From Octopus sinensis (lineage: Eukaryota), in assembly GCF_006345805.1 (NCBI RefSeq), contig NC_043005.1, positions 33,418,001 through 33,482,000 of the forward strand: a stretch of 64,000 nucleotides of DNA, written 5' to 3'. The notes under the pieces were generated by a model. That model did not search any database and was not told where the DNA came from. It saw only the letters and a program-made list of their open reading frames with translations. Positions 1 through 11,859 of the stretch are shown piece by piece. The first letter of the stretch is position 1. Every line of letters begins with the position of its first letter. The position numbers and the translations under genes were made by a program.

Positions 1-1149
1 AGAATTGTTAGAGTATCAGACAAAATGCCATGCAATTTTTCTTTCGGCTCTTTAAAATCTGAGTTCAAATCCAATCAATGTAATTTTTGCCTTTCATTCT
101 TTCAGGATCAGTAAAACAAAGTACCAGTCTATATTGAATAATACACTCCACCACCTTCAAAACTGCCTAAATTAAGAACAATTGTTATATTCCATGTTTG
201 TCTTCCTTTCATACCCAAACTTGTTCTTGAGTAGCTTATTCCATGTTAGTCTTCATTACACATACACAACATTACATTTACAACATAGATATCTCTATGA
301 CTTCCAGTTTTATTGGAATAAAAGAAAGCAATGCACTTTTTGCCTTAGGCAGTAATTTACTTGGAGTTTCATTAATCTTTCTTTCATCAGTAGCATCAGA
401 GTGTGGCACATTAGAGAGTTGAATCACAAGTAAAACCTCTATGAGATTTGGCAGATACTTGAATCTTTTCCTTGCAAATTTTCAGTGATAAAAATTGTAA
501 ATAACCACATATAACATGATTTCTATGGTACTTTGGTATCACAATTATTCATACTTGATGCTACATAGTTTAGAAATTTAGGATCCATTCCAGATATTGC
601 AGGAAATAGTGTTATCTGCAACATTTGATAATTTAGAAACTTAGAGTAAAGCTTGTTCACCTCACTGAACCAAAATGAGTAAAAACATTCACTTTATCTG
701 TCAAAAGAAATAATAAACCAGAAGAACTAAGCTCTTACTGCTTCCCAGAAATAAATAAATAGTATTCTTTAGGAATTCACACTGTAAAATGATGTTTTAA
801 AAGACTTTATTATAACATTTCTGTAGAAAGCATAAACAGCTATGAAAATTCTTCCATTTGCTTGAATCTAAAATATTACTGTTGTTGATTAATCTGTTGA
901 TTGTGAATTTAGTTTAAACCCAAGACATCTGTACAACTAAAATGATATTCTTTATCATTTACATCATCTTTCAGACAAAATATTTGGTTTCATAAATTTA
1001 TCCAAAACTTTTAAGAAAAACTGTAATTATGTGCCTGCCTGGCAGGTGAATTAATGGGTTTTCTTTTCACAACAAATTGAAAATGGTGAATGATGGCAAA
1101 ATAGCATCTGATAAGATGGTAAACAGATCTTTAATACTGGATTTGAGAG

Positions 1150-2090
1150 AAGGAGGAGGGCTTTTGGTTGTAAATCCTTCTTTAATTTGGAATGTCTGAG
1201 TTCGTGGATGTTGAGTTGTAGGGCACATTGAAAATCTGTATCAATTAGTGATGGTGGGTAGTTCCTGCTGATAAGTGTATCATTTGGTTCATGTAGTTAT
1301 GGTGTTCCCGGTGCTTGTATCAGATACTATAGTACAAATCCTTTTTGTCAGGTTGAAGGAGATATTCATTCTAGTGTGTCTGGGGTGACATGAGTTGAAA
1401 GGTAGATATTGCTGGTGTCCGTGGGCTTATAGTATATGTCTGTCTCTATTTTGTTGTTTGATTTCTTAATGAGGATGTCATATATTGGAAGTTGTTGATG
1501 GCTATATTCCATCTTGAATTGAATGTTTATGTCAAGCCCATTTAGAAGAGTTTGAAATTCTTTAAGTCTCTCTATACTTTCATGCCAAAGAATGAAGCAG
1601 TCATCTAGATGCCTCTCCCAGTTATTTTCTATGTACAGGTAGAATAGGTTGCCATATCTTTCTAGTAACTTATGATAAAAATTGATTTCTAGGTATTCCA
1701 TGACTAGGTTAGCAAAGGAAGGGGCTATTCTCATACCCATCGCAGTCCCCAATTCTTGTTGATAGAAGTTGTCTTTGAAGATGAAGAAGTTATTTTCCAA
1801 AATGAATTTTAGCCCTTCTATTACAAATTCTTTTTTGATGCAGTGTGGGAGTTCATTGGAGTAATTCTCTAGCTGGAATTGGATGTTGACTACATCGAAT
1901 GATACTAGTAGGGCGTTTTTATTTATTGTTTCAGGGAGGTGATTGAGCATATCTAGGTCGTCCCTTATGTAGCTTTTGATATGCTTAATGGTTTCAAGAG
2001 GGTATCTAAAAAGTTACTGAAGCAGTGAGTTTTGCATGCTGTAACAGGTCTTAATTTGAGGTCATCAGGAGTAGATACCTTGATTATTAT
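1150..2090 (-). mobile_element. Penelope-like retroelement, reverse transcriptase remnant
   Basis: ORF 1366-1950 has LVSFDV, FYQQ..GTAMG..IAPSFANL, (Y>H)LDD, INIQFKME, TDIYYKPTD, a PLE-type RT core and thumb. Frameshifted and truncated. Confidence 0.88.
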
Positions 2091-2383
2091 TTATATATTA
2101 TCTGAATGTACATTCTAAACATGCGTACATATTCATGTAGTAAACAAACTACAGCAGATGTGGTGATACCTTTGTTAATCAACAATATATCACACTCCCT
2201 TACCTCTTTATTGCCATATGTGTAAATGACCTGTCACACTTCGCTAGTTGTTAGAAGACCATTTAAACTTTAGTAACCTAAAAAACAAGTAAAAACATTC
2301 AACACTTGATAAAATTTTATAGCTCAGTACAAAATAATTGAGAACCAGATAGATTTACCTGCTTTCTACTCAAGGTCTACTTA

Positions 2384-2421
<38 letters not shown>

Positions 2422-2487
2422 AATATAATGAGACAACAAAACCAAGGCTGTGTAGGATTTCTAGGATATTTATAAAGAGAAAGGTAG

Positions 2488-2533
2488 TCTTACAGCTGTT
2501 TCTGGGATATTAGGGATATCCCTTCATCAGAGA
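2488..2533 (-). ncRNA. Minimal type-I hammerhead ribozyme motif (Penelope pLTR type)
   Basis: Minus strand UCU-CUGAUGA-A-GGGAUAU-CCCUA-AUAUCCC-A-GAAA-CAGCUG-UA^AGA. Intact core boxes, 7-bp stem II, palindromic stem III, GUA cleavage triplet, 3-bp stem I. Same strand as, and about 400 bp upstream of, the Penelope-like RT remnant. Confidence 0.72.
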
Positions 2534-3619
2534 TGATATGAGAGAGTTAACTAGAGGGAAACAGTAGAGTTCAATATAAGGAGTTATTTTGGAAAAGGAT
2601 GGATATAGGAAGTTTAAAGGAAAATAAGAGAATAAAAATAAAATATATGTAGGATGTTACAGTTGCAGTTTCATTATCCAAGGAAAGTGCTGTGTAGAAT
2701 GGGTAAAAATGCTTCTTGTCCATGATATGTAGATTCCGATAGGAGTTCATATTTTATTACAAGCATATAGTGTGGAGACATAAATTCCATGTGCTGTTCA
2801 TTCAAAGGGGTCTTGTGGTGTGAATAAAATTTTGAGAATGTAGTGGTAAGTACCAGTTGAACACTGGTAGTCAATGTAACCGACTTATCACCATCACCCC
2901 ACTGAAATTGCTGGCCTTGTGCCAAAATTTAAAACCAATATTTCAAGATAAGTTGTAACCCATTCCAGATGGTTATGTGAACTGAGAATAAAAAAAAGTT
3001 ATAGTGTTCTGTATAACAATAACAACAAAAAGAAGATAAACATCACCAACAGATTTGAACACATGACTAATGAGCAGAATGTGCGACACTTTAACCTCTG
3101 AGCCTTCTCTCCTTTATAGTATTTTATCATAGTTCTAAGATCAAATCCTTTACTCCACAGCAGATGATGATGTCATTCCATGTTTGAAGTTACTCATCCA
3201 TCACTAATTTTCATCACTCTTCCCCATCTTGTCTGCCCTGTATTCTTCATTGTTCTTCTAATACAACCATTATTTGTTCTTCTTAAATTACATTTATTAT
3301 TTTGTTTCACTTCCTCATTGTTTTCAAATAAAACTCCTATGTACATTATATTTTGGTCGGTCCACATCTTTCACATGATTTATTTACCATTGTCATTGTC
3401 ACCATTACTACAACTAGCTAAATGTTTATCTCTCAATGTCTTCTTTCTATCAACACAGATATCCACTCATACAATTAGCATTTACCATCTGTTGGTTCAT
3501 CCTCCTCCTCTCCATCACCTCTTCAAAATGTCTATTTTGTAAATTACATTTTAGTCAGATCTGAGCAGCTCTGTTATAGCAGACACAAATATCACAACTC
3601 TCACTGATTCCCATCGCTT

Positions 3620-3862
<243 letters not shown>

Positions 3863-4108
3863 TTTAACGTCCATTTTTGTGTTGGCATGGGTTGGCTGGC
3901 TTGACAGGAACTGGCATGGTCAGGAGCTGCATCAGGTTCCATAGTCTGGTTTGCCTTGGTTTCTACAGCCGAAAGCCCTTTGTAAGGCCAACTACTTTAC
4001 AGGGTCTACTGGATGCTTTTCACATGGTACCAGCACCAGTGATTGATTTTAGGATCTCAGTTCTGTTGTGGTGTGCAGGTCTTCTTAAGTACAGCAATAT
4101 GCCACATA

Positions 4109-4940
4109 CGAGGTGGTATCAAAAGGTTCCTGGACTAGTTATGTTTAACAAATAACTTATTTATCTACGTTTTAAATTCATAGTCACCTTGCATAGCAAT
4201 ACACCCGTCCCAGTGTTCCTACTACTTTTGGAATCCGGCCTGGAAGTTATTTACTGTAAGTGAGTTGGACCTTTGAGCTGCATTTTCATTTTGGGGAAGA
4301 GATGGAAGTCTGCAAGCGCTAAATTTGATGAATAGAGTAGGTGCAGAAGTGATGCCATGTTGTGTTTGGCAAGAAACTCATAAGTGAGACGAACTGAGCA
4401 ACAGGGTGCACCATCATCGTGAAGAATCCAATTCTTCACGCTCCATAGATTCAGTCACTTTTGCCAAATGTCCCCCTTCAAACACTTCAAAACATTGCAG
4501 TAGAACTCTTGATCAGTGATCTGGCCTAGTTGGGATGAATTCATGATGCACAATACCACATTTCTGGGGGTGGTTCTCATGGCAGGTATTCCAGATCACT
4601 CATCATCTTCCAGGGACATTCTTCCACTTTTCAAGTGCCCATACCACTTGAAAAATTGCATATGACCCATTGCCTTTTTGCTGTAAGCTTGCCAAAGCAT
4701 GCTCAATGTCTCTATAGCAGACTTTCCAAGTTTAATGCAAAATTTCACGTTGGCTCTTTGTTCTTGTCCATGACAAAATCACAGACTATAGCTTGCACAA
4801 TATCACAGAGACACAAATTTCACAACTTTCAAAGTAAATACAGTGATTTCACTTAGCAGACTGTTTCATAAAGGTTACTCCTAGCTCTCACTGCACATGC
4901 AACTATGTGCTGCCATCTGTTGGCATGTTACAGGACTAGT
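4109..4940 (-). mobile_element. Mariner transposon remnant nested in an RTE 3' fragment
   Basis: TA followed by a CGAGGTGGTATCAAAAGGTTCCTGGACTAGT terminus. Translation WILHDDGAP..LLYSSNLALADFHLFPKMK matches mariner HDNA..YSPDLAP.DF.LF. RTE 3' sequence resumes on both sides (3863-4106, about 4950-5060). Confidence 0.85.
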
Positions 4941-5344
4941 TCACAAAAACTGAGATATTTCAGTCCTCTGTCATCTCCTTTGTAAGGTTCAGCATTTTGA
5001 GAACAGCTTTCACTACTTCATCCCATGTCTTCCTAGGACTTCCACAACTTCCCTCCACACTTTTCCATATTTGCATGGGTCACATGGAATTTATTGGAAC
5101 AGATTCTCTATGGTCAGATGTCTTTCTTGTCACCAACCTTCACCTGTTTGCAAGCGAGGTATTTTCTCTCCATATCAAACATGATTTCATGGAAGACAGG
5201 GAATGAACAATATCATTTAAATAATGATGACACTCATTTACCACTTACACACAATGCCAAGACAAGGAGACACAAGCACTCGTGCACACACACACACACA
5301 CACATTATAAATAATTCATAGTTTTTATGTTTAATAATAATAAT

Positions 5345-5560
5345 AATGTTTTTAAATTTTGGTACAAGGCCAGCTAGTTCAGTGGAGGAGTAAGTTGATT
5401 ATGTTGACTCCAGTGCTCAACTGGTACTTATTTTATTGGCCCCCAAAAGATGAAAGGCAAAGTCAACCTTGTCAGAATTTGAACTCAGAACATGAAGACA
5501 AATGAAACACTGCTACATATTTTGCTCAGCGTGCTAACAATTCTGCTAGTTTGCCACCTA
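5345..5560 (-). mobile_element. tRNA-derived SINE family B (body gcctttcatcc.tt.ggggtc.ataaaataagtacc, ATT-rich tail)
   Basis: B-box-like gagttcaaattc with a shared body and tail. Further copies at about 1-180(+), 22256-22640(+), 41186-41390(+), 44117-44270(+), 50430-50980(-). Confidence 0.85.
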
Positions 5561-5626
5561 AATAATAATGATGATGATAATAACAATGATAATAACGATG
5601 ATGATGATGATGATGATGAGGATAAT

Positions 5627-6045
5627 GGCGCAGGAGTGGCTGTGTGGTAAGTAGCTTGCTAACCAACCACATGGTTCCGAGTTCAGTCCCACTGCTTGGC
5701 ATCTTGGGCAAGTGTCTTCTGCTATAGCCCCGGGCCGACCAATGCCTTGTGAGTGGATTTGGTAGACGGAAACTGAAAGAAGCCTGTCGTATATATGTAC
5801 ATATATGTATATGTGTATGTGTGTGTGTTTGTGTGTCTGTGTTTGACCCCCTAGCATTGCTTGACAACTGATGCTGGTGTGTTTACGTCCCCGTCACTTA
5901 GCGGTTCGGCAAAAGAGACCGATAGAATAAGTACTGGGCTTACAAAGAATAAGTCCTGGGGTTGATTTGCTCGACTAAAGGTGGTGCTCCAGCATGGCCG
6001 CAGTCAAATGACTGAAACAAGTAAAAGAGTAAAGAGTAAAAGAGT
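5627..6045 (+). mobile_element. tRNA-derived SINE family A (Octopus-type), near full length
   Basis: Head ggcgcaggagtggctgtgtggtaag..gagttcagtcccac, internal TA/TG microsatellite, (taaagag)n tail. Further copies at about 12527-12812, 14500-14660, 19820-20100, 21235-21610, 28715-29075, 31340-31720 (+) and 47590-47735 (-). Confidence 0.88.
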
Positions 6046-6105
6046 AATGGTTTCAAATTTTGGCACAAGGTCAGCAATTTCACAGCTTATCGGGATGATC
6101 CAATA

Positions 6106-6279
6106 TCTATTATATAAAATCCATTCTGTCTGTCTGTGTGTGTGTCTTCTAGGATCTCAGGCATCCTCCATCCAATTGCACTCAAACTTGATGTAGATAC
6201 CGACGGTATCAGGGCGTGTATAAGTCTTGAAAAAAATTACAAAAATCGATTCCAGGTGAAAATGCGATCAATAAAGCCG
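6106..6279 (+). mobile_element. Helitron-like non-autonomous element, 5' segment (second copy at 14888-15060)
   Basis: A|TCTATTATATAAAAT start followed by (CTGT)n/(GT)n. About 175 bp is near-identical to 14888-15060. Confidence 0.6.
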
Positions 6280-6687
6280 TTTTTGTCCTGCTTTTCTTCC
6301 GTCAACCTGTACATAACTGCACCTTCCATTTTTTGTTGTTTTTGTACTGCTTAAAGGCACGTTTCTTTCCTGCCAAGCTTACTGTTTAAACCATGTTTGT
6401 GTTCTCCCAGTCAACAGCCTTATTATTTCTGGTACTTTAAACTCTTCGGTTGCATATTTGTGTGAATAAAATCATTTTTCTTTGGAATAGAAAAAAAGTC
6501 TATCTTTATTTCTTCTTTTGCTGGTGTCTCAAATTTAGGTTAAATCAGTGTTTCTCAAAGGGGTGGCCTATGGGACGGTCGGACAAGTTGTTTTGAGACA
6601 ATTTTGTTTAAATGTTTGACAACTCAGCACCCTCCATTGGACGGGGGGGGGAGGCTTTTGCTCGTATATATATATATATATGTGTGA

Positions 6688-7003
6688 GGGCGCGTGGCTT
6701 AGTGGTTAGGGCATTCGGATCATGATCGTAAGGTTGTGAGTTCGATTCCCGGCGACGCGTTGTGTCCTTGAGCAAGACACTTTATTTCACGTTGCTCCAG
6801 TCCACTCAGCTGGCAAAAATGAGTTGTACTTGTACTTCAAAGGGTCAGCCTTGTCACTCTCTGTGTCACGCTGATTATCCCCGAGAACTACGTTAAGGGT
6901 ACACGTGTCTGTGGAATGCTCAGCCATTTGCACGTTAATTTCACGAGCAAGCTGTTCCGTTGATCGTATCAGCTGGGACCCTCGTCGTCGTAACCGGCGG
7001 AGT
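6688..7003 (+). mobile_element. Young tRNA-derived SINE family C
   Basis: A box TGGCTTAGTGG (6695-6705), B box GTTCGATTCC (6740-6749), CpG-rich body with gtgtccttgagcaagacactt. An older copy lies on the minus strand at about 34745-35050. Confidence 0.88.
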
Positions 7004-7026
7004 CTTTAAAAAAAAATATATATATG

Positions 7027-7058
<32 letters not shown>

Positions 7059-7469
7059 GAGGTGTGTCTGGTAACTTGAGCTGCTACAAATAGCAGCCAA
7101 ATCTCTCTTTCATTGAAAGAAAGACACCAGCTGCTACTTTGCACCACCTGCCCCAAGGTCACCACTATCAACCAACCCCATGAGCAGGATCTCCATTTAC
7201 CCATCCCCAATGTTGACCAACTCCCAACACTTACAAATACCCAACACTTACCAATTCCCAACACTTACTATTCCGCAACACTTGTTTTGCATGTGTACAA
7301 GTGCACACACACACACATGTATGCATGCACACTGGTATATATGCACACTGGTATGCATGCGTACATGCAAATATTTATGTGTACATACGAATAAATACAC
7401 GTGTGTGTATGCATGTATGTGTGTGCATGTATATGTATGTGTGTGTATGTGCATGCATCAAGTAAGTGC

Positions 7470-7757
7470 CTGGAGTCAAGAAGGTGGCTACTGGAAGACC
7501 CTATGTCTGGCAACAGGACTCTGCATCATGCCACACAAGCAGGAGAGCCCACTCATAGCTGTCAGGCAATTTCTGCAACCCCATCGCCACCTAGCTACCT
7601 AGACGGCAACCCCCTTGATTATTATGTGTGGGGCACAGTTGAGCAAAAGACCAACAAAACTCCTTTTAAGACCAAAGCTAAACTGAAGGCAAGGATTATG
7701 GCAGCATTCACCAACTTAAACAAGAGGACTGTCCAGAAGAGCTACAGGAGACTCTGA
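7470..7757 (+). mobile_element. Tc1/mariner-superfamily transposase C-terminal fragment
   Basis: SPPSYLDGNPLDYYVWGTVE..TNKT....KAKLKARI resembles WPPNSPDLNPLDY.VW (D-ending triad, maT-like). Confidence 0.75.
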
Positions 7758-7773
7758 AGTTATCTCTGAAGCA

Positions 7774-7888
7774 TATAAATTTTATAGACTCATATATATT
7801 GTAATAATATTTATGTCTACTGACATTTTTTACACATGCTAGCCACTGGTATAAATTATAATAATTTTTACCCTTTATTTTTATATTT

Positions 7889-7921
<33 letters not shown>

Positions 7922-8486
7922 AAAAAATGTCAGTAATATATATTGTAATAATATATATAGACTCATATATATTATTACAATATATATGAGTCTATAAAAT
8001 TTATACATGGAGAGAAGACTACTATATGGTCTTCTTACATGGTAAAAAGGGCCGTCAAATTCCCAAACCATAAAAGAACATTCTTATTTAGAGCACTTTG
8101 ATTGTAAGCGAGCAGGAGAATTTGAAGGAATTAAAATATCAGTTAATTCAATACTCCGAAGTTTCACCATTAATGATTAAAATACATCAGTTAATTAACC
8201 AACCATGGATCTTCAGTAGAATCGCTGGGACATGTAATTATAAAACTCGAATACATAACAAAACACAAAGGAAACACGTGCATACTGAGTTTCATCATTA
8301 CACATTAAGATTTCAAATCAAATGACCTCAATCATTGTGCCAAGCCAGAATAATACAGCAGTGAATATAAATTCAACAGTGAATTATTTGACCCAAGAAT
8401 ATTTAAATATAAATATAAAGGATAAAAATTATTAAAAATAATAATTTATACCAGTGGCTAGCATACGTAAAAAATGTCAGCAGACA
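7774..8486. repeat. Nested inverted-repeat structure enclosing a hammerhead motif (Penelope-type terminal structure)
   Basis: 7774-7810 is inverted at about 7967-8004, 7818-7835 at 7918-7935, and 7815-7888 at about 8405-8486. Confidence 0.8.
8145..8223 (-). ncRNA. Type-I hammerhead ribozyme motif with long stem II
   Basis: Minus strand GAUUCUA-CUGAAGA-U-CCAU..UGGUUAA..UUAAUCA..AUGG-U-GAAA-CU-UCGG-AG-UA^UUGAAUU. Core boxes, stem I (6 of 7 pairs), stem II, stem III and a GUA triplet are all present. Confidence 0.68.
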
Positions 8487-8748
8487 ACTCCAGTTAATTT
8501 GCCATATCAAGGCAGTGTGTTTCCTTTAACTAATAACTTATTGATGTTCAATAAAGAATAAGAAAGCATTTGACAACAAATAACCCTCTTTAGATTTGTG
8601 ATTGATAACTTAAAGAATGTGTCTGAATTTGTGGGTTATTCTGAGGATAATTTACATTTTTTAGATTATTGAATTTTTTTTACATTATGTCATTTCATAA
8701 CCAAGAATCATACAAAGTGCCCTTCACTTAGAGTAAGCCAGGGGGCAT

Positions 8749-8874
<126 letters not shown>

Positions 8875-9599
8875 TTACAATGTGGAGTAAAATATAAAAT
8901 ACCAACAATAAGGTGGATAAACAGGAAAACATTTTCACATGAGTGAAAGCCACAATTATATCAAAACTATTTTGTAGAAATCTTTAACTAGACTCACAGC
9001 CTATAAAAGCCTGAGAAAAATAATGGTGAACATATTTTCAAAGACTTCTTTATTATTAGAAAATACTGTAAATTGATAACAATAACAAAAGCTACAAATG
9101 TGAAAAAATATACAGACTGATGAATAAATGTTTATAAATCATTGGTCAGGAATAATTGTTCACAGTCAAACAGAAAATAAAGTACCATAATGGATATATA
9201 TATATACATATAAAGAGAAAAACAGCTAGTTTTAAATCTCTGAGTGAAAAATATATAGTAACAGTACCAAACAGTAAGGTCAATTTGCCAACACAATGTG
9301 GCAGTCCTACGCAGGACTTAGCAATACCTGTAGACCAATCGTTTCTGGATTATTTCTCTTCCTTGGTATAGGACAATCACCGGATAGAGATAAACTCTTT
9401 ATTATAATCATGAGATCAAATATAGAAAAGAACATAACAAGGCAAACGAATACAAAAATGTTATATGAATTCAAATGAAACTTTTAAAATTTTAATCATA
9501 ATGAGGAATAAACAAATAATTGGCTTACTTTTGCCTTTAAAACAAGAACTTTTGTGTGTTTTTTTTAATTAAAACGAGATCAGAATAGCAGGTTTAAAA

Positions 9600-10985
9600 A
9601 TTGGACCCAGCAGCCTATAATGTCCAGCAACTAGTTTTTCCTTTCTTCGATGATTAAACTAGGTTACTGACACCCACCTTTCTCATCACATCCTTCCATC
9701 GTTTTTCGTATTCACTCGGTGGTAGGGTCTTCCTCTCCAACCCCATCTTGCTCTTCAGATGATATCTGAAGTAAGACAGCAAACCGGGGCCAGAGATGAA
9801 GGACCCTGTCACAAAACCTTCCATTCTGATCCTCCAAACACACTCTTTCAGTACTGCAACTGTACAGTAAAAACAAGCCTTACCTTCCTTTGAGAGTCCA
9901 GTTGGTGGTATCATCTTTATTATAGATCCAGCCAACAGCTGTACTCGTCCCAGATGCAACAACACATGTTCAACATAACTTGTCGAGCTAGATGGCACCC
10001 GACATTGTACAAAAGCATGCTGGACAGTTTCATAGTCCAGCCCACATCTTGGACACATCAGTGGCACTGACATTCTGTACATGGATAACTTATTGTGAAC
10101 AGGTAAAACATTCCTGTTGCACTGCCAGGTCAGGGATTTTTGGAAGTTGTCCAAATACCCAGGCCTGAAAGTTTTTTGGAACAGATTGGCTAGTTGGTTC
10201 TCATAGAACGCCAGAGCCCCTCCTAGGACGTCATCGTTTTTTGCCTCTACAAGCCATCTATAGAACACGGAGGTGGTATTCCCACTGCTGGCCTTGCCCG
10301 TCTTGTGGATCAGCCAGAGTGCCTGACGGCACTCCTGCCATAAAGTCAGGTTATGCCTTTTAATGAAACCGGGTTTAAATCTCCTCAATGAGGCCAGTCA
10401 CGGCAAGAACTCCTCCACCAGCGGACTCCACACCTTATCACCCTCCAGGTGGCACCAGAGATGTCTCAGCCTCAACACATATCTGCGCATACTTAGCCAG
10501 GGCATTCCCAGTCCACCCTTTAACGGTTCCTGGCAGCAAATGGAGTGCCTTACATGTGGCTTTTCTCCCTTCCACGAAAAGCAGAAGAGGAGTTGTCCCA
10601 ACTTGTTTAGCCATAAATCGGGGCAAGGCACAACGGATAGGCAGTAGGTGATTACAGATGCTATAAACACCTGCACAACCTCCACCCTGCCCTTCAAGGA
10701 CAGAGGCCTTCCGGACCACTTCTGTACTATGGCCTCCACCTTGTCCACTACCTCGCTTCAATTCTTCTCTGTCTGGGAGTCCAGGCCAATCCAAACTCCA
10801 AGCAACTTAACAGGACCATCTGTCCAGTGTCCAACGACACTGGTGCTGAGGCGCAAACCGATGGACTTGTCCTTGTTAACTTTTGCCCCTGTCACCACTT
10901 CATATCCTCAGAGAGCATCTTCTACATGAGGTAGCTGTGCTTCGTTGGACACAATGAGTATGAAGTCATCTGCATAAGCATAAAC
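9600..10985 (-). mobile_element. L1/Tx1-like LINE, 5'-truncated (RT C-terminus plus zf-RVT)
   Basis: AYADD near 10965-10980, then WSGRPLSLKGRVEVV..PLKGGLGMP and CPRCGLDYETVQHAFVQC. Broken by stops and frameshifts. Confidence 0.88.
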
Positions 10986-11031
10986 AAAGTACTGGTGGTC
11001 TGTGAGCTAAATTCAAAATTCCGTATATGTA

Positions 11032-11629
11032 TCTTACATATTAAAACTGAAAATGTCTGTCCGTGTGTGTGTATCGGTGTGTCCATGTTTTGCACTAAAA
11101 TGGCTCAACCGATTTTTCTTAAACTTCACACACACATTGCTTATGTCTGGGGAGGTTTTAAGTATAAATTGGTTTCGAAAAAATGTTCAGGTAAATGGCA
11201 GGAGGAATAAAATTTAGGTGTGAGTGAATGGTGGAAATAAAACTTTTTAAGCTTCCAAGGGAAGTAACCCATTCCCTCCTAGAAATAACCACCAAGGGAA
11301 ATAACCCATTCATTTTCAGTATACTTATTTCTTAGTATTTTAACTATTTTAGTTATTTTCTCAATTTATCCAATACAACACTTAAACAAGTAAATAGTAT
11401 TCTCCTAAACAATAGATCCACTTATTTTGGCTAGTGACTTATTCATGAATATACCAACACAAGCGCTGCTGAGGGTAATATTCTCTGGGAACGCACAAAA
11501 GCTTTTTTCACAGTTAATTACTTTGAATTGTTATTATCTCATATCTGATTAGCCTGTTATTACGTAACATGTTTCACGATTTTAGTATACACTAGCACTA
11601 TGACCCGGCGTTGTGGGGTCTAGTGCTAG
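11032..11629 (+). mobile_element. Non-autonomous Helitron-like element with both termini
   Basis: A|TC 5' start, subterminal hairpin ctagcacta-tgacc..ggtc-tagtgctag, CTAG|T end, AT target site and no TSD. Confidence 0.7.
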
Positions 11630-11859
11630 TCAAGCATATTTGGCCTTTCATGAAAATCCCGATCTCTTGTCATTCACTTGGTCTAACTTGTTAATTATTC
11701 CCTGCATTTCTCAAATCAAAAAAGCGTGCACGTTTGAAAGCCAAAACAGATGATAATGCGTCTTTGCAAAACACAAAAATGTACAGAGTCATACAGACTG
11801 TCTGCAAATGTGCACACGCATCCAACTGTCAGGTGTAAAATTATCTCTGTCTAATCAAA

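Noticed and set aside
352-395. Minus-strand CUGAUGA...GAAAC-UCCAA-GUA hammerhead-like string
   Set aside because: Core boxes are present but stem II (aagaaagauuaau) and stem I do not pair; chance or too decayed to call.
6688-6770. tRNA gene
   Set aside because: A and B boxes are present but it runs straight into a SINE body; this is a tRNA-derived head, not a functional tRNA.
7113-7602. Several 70-140 aa ORFs rich in C/V/Y/H/T
   Set aside because: Produced by (CA/TG/TA)n low-complexity DNA; the same holds for most short ORFs in the track.
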